A DNA stretch of 59,956 nt, counting the filler. It is 5 parts of 5 records of this genome, joined end to end, with 100 filler letters (N's around TTAATTAATTAA, not from the genome) between each part and the next. Parts side by side here need not be neighbours in the genome. Positions count along the whole stretch, not along the records: positions 44,052 to 59,956 come from DRR723986_10881; 4 more parts are not named here. The stretch is one strand, 5' to 3'. The notes beneath the pieces were generated by a model. That model did not search any database and was not told the DNA's origin. It was given only the letters and a program-made list of their open reading frames with translations. The position numbers were made by a program, and so were the translations under genes. Each line of letters starts with the position of its first letter. The stretch's first letter is position 1. Shown in pieces: positions 52,300 through 59,956 of this stretch.

Positions 52300-53118
52300 T
52301 TAACCTTCGGACAGGCCCAAAACATCCAGCATGTCATAGGCACCGGGGGCTTTGCCCTGCCCCCACAACGCCGCCTTGAGCGCACCGCGTGCAAAAATGG
52401 CCCGATCTGTCGCCATGTGGCGCAGCACGATCCGTTCGCCAGCAGCGGCAAACAGCACATCGTGTTCGCCCACAATGTCACCACCCCGAATAGCGGTGAA
52501 CCCAATGTCGCCCCGCTTGCGCGCGCCGGTGATGCCATCACGGCCACGATCAGACACATCGTTTAAGTCAACACCGCGCCCTTCGGCGGCGGCCTCGCCC
52601 AACATCAGCGCCGTGCCGGATGGGGCATCGACCTTGTGGTGATGGTGCGCTTCGATCACTTCGATATCGAAATCCTCATCCAGCGCGGCGGCGACTTTCT
52701 TGGTCAACTGCACCAGCAGATTCACGCCCAAGCTCATGTTACCCGCCCGCACGATGGCCGCATGGCGCGACGCCGGTTCCAACGCTGCGATTTCGTCATC
52801 GCTCATGCCGGTCGTGCCGATCACGTGGACACACCGTGCTTGCGCCGCGAGGGCCGCAAACTCCAGCGTTGCTTTGGGGGCCGTGAAATCAATCACCGCC
52901 TGTGCCTTGGCGAAGGCCTCAAGCGGGTCATCGCTCACCAACACACCAATCGGCGCGCCGCCCATGGCAACACCAACATCCTGACCGACCCAATCGTGGC
53001 CAGTTCGTTCAATCGCGCCCACCAACTGGGCCTTATCGCTGTCTAAGACTGTCTTGATCAACATCTGCCCCATACGGCCCGATGCTCCGGTAATAACGAT
53101 CCCTGGGGTGTGGGTCAT
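52300..53118 (-). CDS. dapB: 4-hydroxy-tetrahydrodipicolinate reductase
   Basis: [42 protein letters not shown]. Confidence 0.97.
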   Translation of the reverse strand: MTHTPGIVITGASGRMGQMLIKTVLDSDKAQLVGAIERTGHDWVGQDVGVAMGGAPIGVLVSDDPLEAFAKAQAVIDFTAPKATLEFAALAAQARCVHVIGTTGMSDDEIAALEPASRHAAIVRAGNMSLGVNLLVQLTKKVAAALDEDFDIEVIEAHHHHKVDAPSGTALMLGEAAAEGRGVDLNDVSDRGRDGITGARKRGDIGFTAIRGGDIVGEHDVLFAAAGERIVLRHMATDRAIFARGALKAALWGQGKAPGAYDMLDVLGLSEG

Positions 53119-53208
53119 GGTGATCTTCCTATTCGTTTTCGGCGTCTTTGCCGTCTACCGCGTTCAGAGCCGCTTGGCAAAGCCCGCCTTTGGGCTTAGA
53201 TCGGGAAT

Positions 53209-53604
53209 ATGGCAAAGAATAAATTCCATGATGGACCCGGCCCCTCGCAACGCCAGTTGCGTGTTGGGGAATTGATCCGACGCTCTCTGTCCGAGGTGTT
53301 GGCACGCGGTGACGTGCACGACCCAGACTTGAACCGTATGTCGATCACCGTGGGTGAGGTACGTACCTCGCCTGATTTGAAAATCGCGACTGCCTATGTG
53401 CTGCCATTGGGCGGCAAGGGGCAGGACGAAGTGCTCAAGGTACTGGCGCGCAACAAGGGCGAACTGCGCCGCTTGATGGGCAAAAAGCTGGGCCTGAAAT
53501 ACGCCCCGGATTTGCGGTTCCAGCTGGATCAGACATTTGACCAGATGGACGACACCCGCCGCATGCTGAATCAGGACGCGGTGCGCCGCGATACCGAAGA
53601 ATGA
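53209..53604 (+). CDS. rbfA: Ribosome-binding factor A
   Basis: [32 protein letters not shown]. Confidence 0.96.
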   Translation: MAKNKFHDGPGPSQRQLRVGELIRRSLSEVLARGDVHDPDLNRMSITVGEVRTSPDLKIATAYVLPLGGKGQDEVLKVLARNKGELRRLMGKKLGLKYAPDLRFQLDQTFDQMDDTRRMLNQDAVRRDTEE

Positions 53605-54338
53605 TCCGGGCGCTGCTGGCGTTGATGGCGACCTGTGTCGCTACCCCGCTGGCGGCGTTAGACTGCCGTGACCTCAAACATGACGGCAATGCCTACACCG
53701 TGTGCGAGGTCGATACTGCAACCGAAGAGCTGCGCCTGTTTCTGAACAATGCAGACGGTGATCTGTTGGGGCAGTTTTCTGCGGTCAACGCAGAACTGGA
53801 ACAAGACGGCATGCGCCTTGGCTTCGCGATGAACGCAGGCATGTATCATTCAAACCGGGCACCGGTCGGGCATTACCTTGAAAACGGGGTCGAGCAGATG
53901 CGCGTGATCCCAAACGCGGGCCCCGGCAATTTTGGTCTCTTGCCCAACGGCGTGTTTTGCATCGCTGACAAATCCGCCCAAGTGTACGAGACGCTCGCCT
54001 ATATCGATTCCAGCCCCACCTGCACATTCGCCACCCAATCCGGCCCGATGCTGGTGATAGAAGGCGCGCTGCATCCCCGGTTTTTGCCTGACAGCACGTC
54101 GCGCTATATCCGAAATGGCGTGGGCACCAGCGCCGATGGCAAGCGCGCTGTGTTTGCAATCTCGAAAAATTCGGTGACCTTTCACGAATTTGGGCGCCTG
54201 TTTCGGGATGTGCTGAAAACACCCAACGCGCTGTATTTCGACGGCAATATCTCTCGGATCTATGCCCCCCAGATCAATCGTAACGACATTGGCTTTGCCC
54301 TTGGCCCGATTGTTGGCGTTGTTATCCCGAACAATTGA
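53601..54338 (+). CDS. Phosphodiester glycosidase (NAGPA/YigE-like) family exported protein
   Basis: Signal peptide, [36 protein letters not shown]. Confidence 0.85.
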   Translation: MIRALLALMATCVATPLAALDCRDLKHDGNAYTVCEVDTATEELRLFLNNADGDLLGQFSAVNAELEQDGMRLGFAMNAGMYHSNRAPVGHYLENGVEQMRVIPNAGPGNFGLLPNGVFCIADKSAQVYETLAYIDSSPTCTFATQSGPMLVIEGALHPRFLPDSTSRYIRNGVGTSADGKRAVFAISKNSVTFHEFGRLFRDVLKTPNALYFDGNISRIYAPQINRNDIGFALGPIVGVVIPNN

Positions 54339-54432
54339 CGCCCGCCTATCGTTGATTGTTTTGCGATCACCAAATTGACAGGGTCGGTTTGATCCGTTAG
54401 GCCGCGCGCCTCAGTAGAATTTAGGGTGTGAC

Positions 54433-55341
54433 ATGGGACGCAAGCGCAAAGGACGGGACATTTCCGGATGGTTGGTGGTGGACAAGCCTGCGGGCATCAC
54501 ATCCACATCAGTAGTGAACAAGGTCCGCTGGGCGCTTGACGCCAAAAAGGCCGGGCATGCAGGAACACTGGACCCCGAAGCAACCGGCGTTCTGGCCGTC
54601 GCCCTCGGCGAGGCCACCAAAACGGTGCCCTACATCACCGACGCGCTCAAGGCGTATACTTTTACCGTGCGTTTGGGACAGGCAACCAACACCGATGACA
54701 CCGAAGGCGAAGTGATCGCAGAAAGCGACCTCCGGCCCACGGATGCTGAGATTAAGGAAGCCCTGCTGCCCTTCATTGGCGACATCCAACAGGTTCCGCC
54801 CAAGTTTTCTGCCGTCAAGATTGACGGGCAACGCGCCTACAAACTGGCCCGCGACGGGGAAGACGTCGAAATTGCCCCCCGCGCACTGTGGGTCGAAGAA
54901 CTGCTGTTGGTCGATCGCCCCGACGCCGATCACGTCACGCTGGAAATGACCTGTGGCAAGGGCGGTTATGTCCGTTCTATCGCCCGCGATCTGGGGGCCG
55001 CACTTGGCTGCCATGGCCATGTGCGCGAACTGCGCCGCATCTGGTCAGGCCCGTTCGAGGTGCAAGACGGGCTGACGGTGGAACAAATCGACGCCATGGC
55101 CAAAACGCCCGATCTGGACAGCCATATTCGCCCGCTTGAACAGGGCTTGTCGGAATTGCCGGAACTGAAATGCACGCCCGAGGGTGCGGTGCGCCTGCGC
55201 AATGGCAATCCCGGAATGGTTCTGGCCAGTGACGTGGAATATGGCGACGACGCATGGGCATCGCTGAACGGCGAAGCTGTTGCCGTTGGCGTCTACAAAT
55301 CGGGCGAATTGCACCCCAGCCGCGTTTTCGTCAAAGCCTAA
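54433..55341 (+). CDS. truB: tRNA pseudouridine(55) synthase
   Basis: [36 protein letters not shown]. Confidence 0.97.
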   Translation: MGRKRKGRDISGWLVVDKPAGITSTSVVNKVRWALDAKKAGHAGTLDPEATGVLAVALGEATKTVPYITDALKAYTFTVRLGQATNTDDTEGEVIAESDLRPTDAEIKEALLPFIGDIQQVPPKFSAVKIDGQRAYKLARDGEDVEIAPRALWVEELLLVDRPDADHVTLEMTCGKGGYVRSIARDLGAALGCHGHVRELRRIWSGPFEVQDGLTVEQIDAMAKTPDLDSHIRPLEQGLSELPELKCTPEGAVRLRNGNPGMVLASDVEYGDDAWASLNGEAVAVGVYKSGELHPSRVFVKA

Positions 55342-55422
55342 GCGACCAAAGCGCCAAGCTCACGCTCTCTGAGTTTGGCGCATCTGCTTGAGGTCTGCGC
55401 AGAAATTCATCACAACTGACAC

Positions 55423-55938
55423 ATGATCACACGCACCCACACCAAAGGCGATGCGCCCTCGACCGCGGTTTATTCAGATTGCGAGCAATACCGCTATAGC
55501 CTGACCCGCATCTGGGATCCGGACGGGCGCAAAGCCCTGTTTGTCATGCTCAACCCATCGACCGCGACCGAGGTCCAGAACGACCCCACGGTTGAACGCT
55601 GTGAACGTCGGGCACGGGCGCTCGGCTTTGGTGCCTTTCAGGTGACCAACATTTTTGCCTGGCGGGACACCGATCCCAAGAAAATGCGCGCATCCGCCGC
55701 CCCGGTTGGCCCGGAGAACGATACAGTTATTCAAAACGGCGTTGCCTGGGCCGATCAGATCATCGCGGCATGGGGCGCACATGGCGACCACCTGCAGCGT
55801 GGCGCGGCCGTTGAAAAGCTGCTGCGTGAAACGGGACTGCCGCTGTTTCACTTGGGATTGACAAAAGCTGGTCACCCTAAGCATCCTTTGTATATTGCCT
55901 ATACACAGCAGCCTCTTCCCTGGCCCGACACACGTTAA
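55423..55938 (+). CDS. DUF1643 family protein
   Basis: YRYSLTRIW, FVMLNPSTA, DPTVERC, NIFAWR, AAWG, PKHPLY. Confidence 0.88.
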   Translation: MITRTHTKGDAPSTAVYSDCEQYRYSLTRIWDPDGRKALFVMLNPSTATEVQNDPTVERCERRARALGFGAFQVTNIFAWRDTDPKKMRASAAPVGPENDTVIQNGVAWADQIIAAWGAHGDHLQRGAAVEKLLRETGLPLFHLGLTKAGHPKHPLYIAYTQQPLPWPDTR

Positions 55939-56023
55939 CCATTTCGTCAATCTTGCTTTGACGATCCTGGCTAAACCGTGAAAAAATGGAGCCGTGGGGA
56001 TACGTATGTTCGGAGTTGGGTAA

Positions 56024-57067
56024 ATGTTTCTTATTGCTGGTTTGCTGAGTTTAGCCGCCGTTGGCAGTGTGGTGATGATGGGGGATGAAGACACCTCTTC
56101 CATTGATGACGAGTCGCAACCCGTTGAAGGCACCGAAGAAGACCTTGGCCCAATTGAACCGATCACCGCGATCCTACCATCCACGGACCCAGACGAACCA
56201 GAAGAGACCCCAGCAACCGGTGAAACGGATGGCAATCCGACAAACCCGCAAACCGGGGGAACAATTCTGGTTGGGGATGCCGCGAACAACGACATGACCG
56301 GGACAGACGATAATGATCAAATCAACGGCTACGGCGGGCAAGACACCCTAAGCGGTGGCCTTGGTGATGATGCGATGCATGGCGCGGACGGCGATGACCT
56401 GTTGAACGGGGGCGCTGGCGATGACCTCCTTCATGGCGAAGCCGGCAATGACAATCTGCAGGGGGACGGCGGCAACGACAGCCTGTTCGGGCATTATGGC
56501 GCGGACCAGATGAACGGCGGCGACGGTCAGGATTCCATGCATGGCGGTCAGGACAATGACACGTTGGATGGCGGCGCTGGCAACGATGCGGTGCACGGCA
56601 ACCATGGGGATGATCTCTTGCGGGGCGGGGCCGGTCAGGACACGCTGTTTGGCGGCCAGGGCAATGACCTGATTACCGGCGCTGACGACGACACAACCGG
56701 GTCACAGGCGACAGATTTCCTGAATGGAGGCGAAGGTCTGGATACGATCATTGCTGGCGCAGGAGACATCGTCACTACGGGTGCCGGGGCCGATACCATC
56801 GTTCTTGGGGACTGGGTCATTCAAGGCGAAGCCGCTGATGTGATGGATTTCGAATCTGGCGAAGACAAGCTTTTGATCGGATGGGATACGGACAGCGATC
56901 CGAACCCCGAAATCGACATCGAGCAGGATCCACAGAACCCCAACGTGACTCGCGTCTCGATCAATGGCGAAGAAATCGCAACGCTGCTTGGCAGCGGTGC
57001 TGTTCTGCCATCCGACATTGTGCTGATGAATGAATCCGACATTCCGGCCCTTGCCATGGCCGGTTAA
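56024..57067 (+). CDS. Acidic RTX/hemolysin-type calcium-binding repeat protein with N-terminal anchor
   Basis: Many GGxGxDxL nonapeptides and a hydrophobic N-terminus. Confidence 0.9.
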   Translation: MFLIAGLLSLAAVGSVVMMGDEDTSSIDDESQPVEGTEEDLGPIEPITAILPSTDPDEPEETPATGETDGNPTNPQTGGTILVGDAANNDMTGTDDNDQINGYGGQDTLSGGLGDDAMHGADGDDLLNGGAGDDLLHGEAGNDNLQGDGGNDSLFGHYGADQMNGGDGQDSMHGGQDNDTLDGGAGNDAVHGNHGDDLLRGGAGQDTLFGGQGNDLITGADDDTTGSQATDFLNGGEGLDTIIAGAGDIVTTGAGADTIVLGDWVIQGEAADVMDFESGEDKLLIGWDTDSDPNPEIDIEQDPQNPNVTRVSINGEEIATLLGSGAVLPSDIVLMNESDIPALAMAG

Positions 57068-57202
57068 GGCCAATTGACGCAAAGATCAGGATCTAACCCT
57101 GACCCGATCTTACAAACCCTTTGCCATTTCGTACAAAATTTCCTATACGCGCCCATCCCGAATGATTCAGTCAGTCTTGGCCGAATCGCGAGGGGTATTC
57201 TC

Positions 57203-57270
57203 CACGGGCCTGTGCTGGACGACATCCCGGCCTGTGCCATCACTCTAACCTTTTTGCAAAGGAGACCCCG
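57203..57270 (+). promoter_or_regulatory. Putative alphaproteobacterial S15 autoregulatory leader
   Basis: GCTGGACGACATCCCGGC stem-loop just upstream of the rpsO RBS (GGAGA), resembling the alphaproteobacterial rpsO leader as I recall it. Confidence 0.6.
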
Positions 57271-57540
57271 ATGTCGATTACTGCTGAAGAAAAAGCACGC
57301 GTCATGAAAGAATACGGCACCAAAGAAGGCGACACTGGTTCGCCCGAAGTACAGGTTGCCATTCTGAGCTCGCGCATCGCGACCTTGACCGAGCACTTCA
57401 AGACTCACAAAAAAGACAACCACGGTCGCCGTGGTCTGCTGAAAATGGTTGCTCAGCGTCGTAAGCTGCTCGACTACACCAAGGCAAAAGATGTGGCCCG
57501 TTACCAGGACCTGATCAAACGCCTCGGCCTGCGCCGCTAA
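57271..57540 (+). CDS. rpsO: 30S ribosomal protein S15
   Basis: [32 protein letters not shown]. Confidence 0.98.
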   Translation: MSITAEEKARVMKEYGTKEGDTGSPEVQVAILSSRIATLTEHFKTHKKDNHGRRGLLKMVAQRRKLLDYTKAKDVARYQDLIKRLGLRR

Positions 57541-57560
57541 TCAGCGATCGCCCGAAATAG

Positions 57561-57592
57561 AAACGCCCGCCATTTCGGCGGGCGTTTTTTTT
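57561..57592 (+). terminator. Intrinsic terminator after rpsO (probably bidirectional)
   Basis: AAACGCCCGCC-ATTTC-GGCGGGCGTTT followed by a T-run. Confidence 0.9.
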
Positions 57593-57608
57593 GCGCACGT
57601 TGCTTAGG

Positions 57609-59546
57609 TTATTTGGCGGGAACATACCAAATTGGAGAGGTATACGCGCGTTCCTGCTGCGCAGTGGGTGCGCCCTCTGGCAGCGCGCTTCCGACTCGGA
57701 CGTTGTCATAAAGGTACCAAGGCGGAGTCGGGATTTCCAAAACACGCGCATAATAGAACGCGCGCTCATTTGGATCGAACTCGGGGTCCGTCCAAACGGA
57801 AATCAACTCGGGCGACCCAATGGTATTGGTCCAAGTGGCAGACGCAACATCGACTGTGTTTCCAACGGCCGGAATGCTGCCTGATGCATCCGCGACACGA
57901 TCCCCAGACCACGCAACATCGTATACCTTTTCATGCGTCTTACCGCCTTCACCAACCCAACCTTTGACAATCTGAACGCGATCCAGATTGGCCCCGATTG
58001 GGTCACGCAATGCCGCAACCAGAAAGTTTGGGGATTTTCCGTCTGGGGCGGGGGTCAGATCTGCGCCCATCGGGACCCCTTTTAGATACCCGATTGCGGA
58101 AACCTCCCGACTGGACAGATCAGCTTCGGCGAAATCATACCCACCAAAAAACCGTACCGTCATCCTAGGGCCTGTGGTTCCGTATACTTCTTTGCGGTCC
58201 ATCGCATCGAACAGCGACTCTCTTGTGTTGTCCTTGGCCCAAACAGCTGCCAAGCCCGATGCGACCTGCTGCCACGAAAACAACTCTCCATGTTCGGTCT
58301 TCATGAATGGATGGCTTAACCGCTCTGCACTCGGTTCATATCCCGCGTGCTTGCCGAAAAAGTTATCCTCGCCTGCTGTCGCAAGCGATGTATGGCTGTC
58401 CGTCGCGCCAATCATCCCGAATTTGTACGGGTTCGTTCCGAACTTTTCTTCCAGAAGCAATCCGTTTTTCAGTGCTTCCCGCGCATACTCACCCGCAAGC
58501 ATGTCATCGGATTTCGGTTCAGACAGATCAAGGTTTCCAGCATCCCAAGTTCCATAGTCCGCAAATTCATCGTCTGGCGACAAGAACGGATGTGTTTCGC
58601 CATCTCCCTTGATTTGCGTAACTTCGTACATTCGTTCCCATTTGGCACGTTGCTCAACGTACAGCTTGTCTATCGCACGACCTGTGTATTGCGCATCCAT
58701 TGGGAACATGATGCCGTTGGACAAATTGCCGTTATGGGCAAACGTCATTGTGGCGCCGTTGGTCTTGGTTTCGTAGTTTTCCAGATATTTGTACAGATCC
58801 ATCGGATCCGCGCTGCCGACTGGTTTCTGCGTGGTATAAGGCACGACTTGGCGCGCCCGATCTGGCCCATCTCGGAATATAACGTTTCTATGCAAATTCG
58901 CCCCTGCATAGAGGGAGGTCCATTCAAACCCGATGAAAGCTGTAAAATCGCCGGGCTCGTTGTACCGTTCCGCCGCCTGAATAACCTCTTCCCAGATCGT
59001 GGCATAGCGTCGGGACCCAGGCGAATAATTAGCAAACATTTCAGGATCCATCTCACCTTGAGAGAATGTCCCAATCAAATCCAATGCGCCATCAACGGCC
59101 TCTTGCCCACCAGCATTAAACGCCTTGGACCATCGCGCACCCTGTTCGTATTGCGTGACCAATGGGGACGCCGCCAATACATCTTGGATCATCCCCATTC
59201 CGTCAGAGTGATCCGTGATCGCCAGCCAATCCAAAGGACGAGAAAGGCGAACCTTTTGTCCTGATGAAGAGGTAACCTGCTCACCACGTGCAAACTTGTA
59301 TGCTTCGTCCAAACCAAGCCGGTTCCCAAAACCGCCTGCATCCATCGACAAAGCCGTGTGTAAGTGACTGTCTCCCCAAAGCGGGCGCTCTGGGAACTCA
59401 CGTTCTGCATAAGGGGAATACGGCTTATCTTCGGGAAAGAGCGATTCGAGTTGCCCTTCACCTGCTTGGTATTCCTGCGCAAAGGATAAACTTGTACCCA
59501 GCAACACTGCGGCAGTCGTACAATTCAAGAGCGTAAGCTTTGACAT
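57609..59546 (-). CDS. DUF3604 family exported protein (PHP-like metallohydrolase)
   Basis: Signal peptide, [53 protein letters not shown] before ATG 59546. Confidence 0.88.
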   Translation of the reverse strand: MSKLTLLNCTTAAVLLGTSLSFAQEYQAGEGQLESLFPEDKPYSPYAEREFPERPLWGDSHLHTALSMDAGGFGNRLGLDEAYKFARGEQVTSSSGQKVRLSRPLDWLAITDHSDGMGMIQDVLAASPLVTQYEQGARWSKAFNAGGQEAVDGALDLIGTFSQGEMDPEMFANYSPGSRRYATIWEEVIQAAERYNEPGDFTAFIGFEWTSLYAGANLHRNVIFRDGPDRARQVVPYTTQKPVGSADPMDLYKYLENYETKTNGATMTFAHNGNLSNGIMFPMDAQYTGRAIDKLYVEQRAKWERMYEVTQIKGDGETHPFLSPDDEFADYGTWDAGNLDLSEPKSDDMLAGEYAREALKNGLLLEEKFGTNPYKFGMIGATDSHTSLATAGEDNFFGKHAGYEPSAERLSHPFMKTEHGELFSWQQVASGLAAVWAKDNTRESLFDAMDRKEVYGTTGPRMTVRFFGGYDFAEADLSSREVSAIGYLKGVPMGADLTPAPDGKSPNFLVAALRDPIGANLDRVQIVKGWVGEGGKTHEKVYDVAWSGDRVADASGSIPAVGNTVDVASATWTNTIGSPELISVWTDPEFDPNERAFYYARVLEIPTPPWYLYDNVRVGSALPEGAPTAQQERAYTSPIWYVPAK

Positions 59547-59902
59547 GTTCGGTTCCTCAAAAAAACTAAAAGTATTTAATATTCTTAAGTGTACACGCAA
59601 TTTTGATACGAACCAAATTTGCTTCCCAATCCAGCGTCGCTCAGGATTTGCGCTTTTGTCGAAAAATGCATTTTACATGCTCTACTCTTTTAATTTCCAG
59701 TTGCGACGACGCCTTGAACCCCAACTGATTGCCCAAACCCTTTCATTCTCCACCATTCTAGTGTAAGGCCGCAGAATCTGAAACGGTGTGCCCGGACCCC
59801 AGCACACCAACCGAAGATGATAGGGGTCGGCGGCAATGGGGCCGCTATGTAAACGGGAAACCCGGGAAGGGCCTGGGAGTGTTCCCTTTTAGGATACGCT
59901 AA

Positions 59903-59956
59903 ATGTTTAACGTAACTACGAAATCGATGCAGTGGGGCGAAGAGACGCTGACACTG
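59903..59956 (+). CDS. pnp: Polynucleotide phosphorylase, first 18 codons
   Basis: Hand translation MFNVTTKSMQWGEETLTL matches the Rhodobacteraceae PNPase N-terminus; position downstream of rpsO is the expected synteny. Confidence 0.8.
   Translation, partial: MFNVTTKSMQWGEETLTL

Noticed and set aside
56260-56800. Repetitive GGC/GAC-rich DNA as a non-coding repeat
   Set aside because: Fully explained by the encoded RTX nonapeptide repeats.

Overview
This window is not one chromosome segment. It is five contigs joined by artificial 100-nt linkers (N-run/TTAATTAATTAA/N-run), and they come from at least two phyla. (1) 1-8118, alphaproteobacterial signalling region: membrane-anchored TPR protein, two stand-alone PilZ proteins, a LuxR/NarL response regulator and a GAF-PAS hybrid histidine kinase. 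(2) 8219-14761, Rhodobacteraceae-like: truncated indolepyruvate:ferredoxin oxidoreductase, an ornithine cyclodeaminase/mu-crystallin homologue and a Dpp/Opp ABC operon. (3) 14862-22935, Bacteroidota: a small T9SS-CTD protein and a signal-peptide SpvB/FG-GAP/RHS protein with a HExxH C-terminal domain and no obvious immunity gene; both contig ends share 11 nt. (4) 23036-43951, Bacteroidota: DUF3592 pair, FMN reductase, ppa, aqpZ, an uncharacterised helical protein, a five-gene operon (class III aminotransferase, nitrilase-family amidase, VOC, giant Orn/Lys/Arg-type decarboxylase, orphan ATP-grasp ligase) divergent from rimK and an M14 deacylase with a convergent RimK-associated protease, a T9SS cargo, and two copies of a ~110-bp dispersed repeat. 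(5) 44052-59956, Roseobacter-like core region (purH, RsmB-family, dapB, rbfA, truB, rpsO, start of pnp) carrying a LysR-tmpA-tmpB phosphonate module with a third coupled cupin gene. The best candidates for undescribed biology are the decarboxylase/ATP-grasp/amidase operon and the T9SS-adaptor/RHS pair. All functional calls come from motif recognition by eye, not from database searches.
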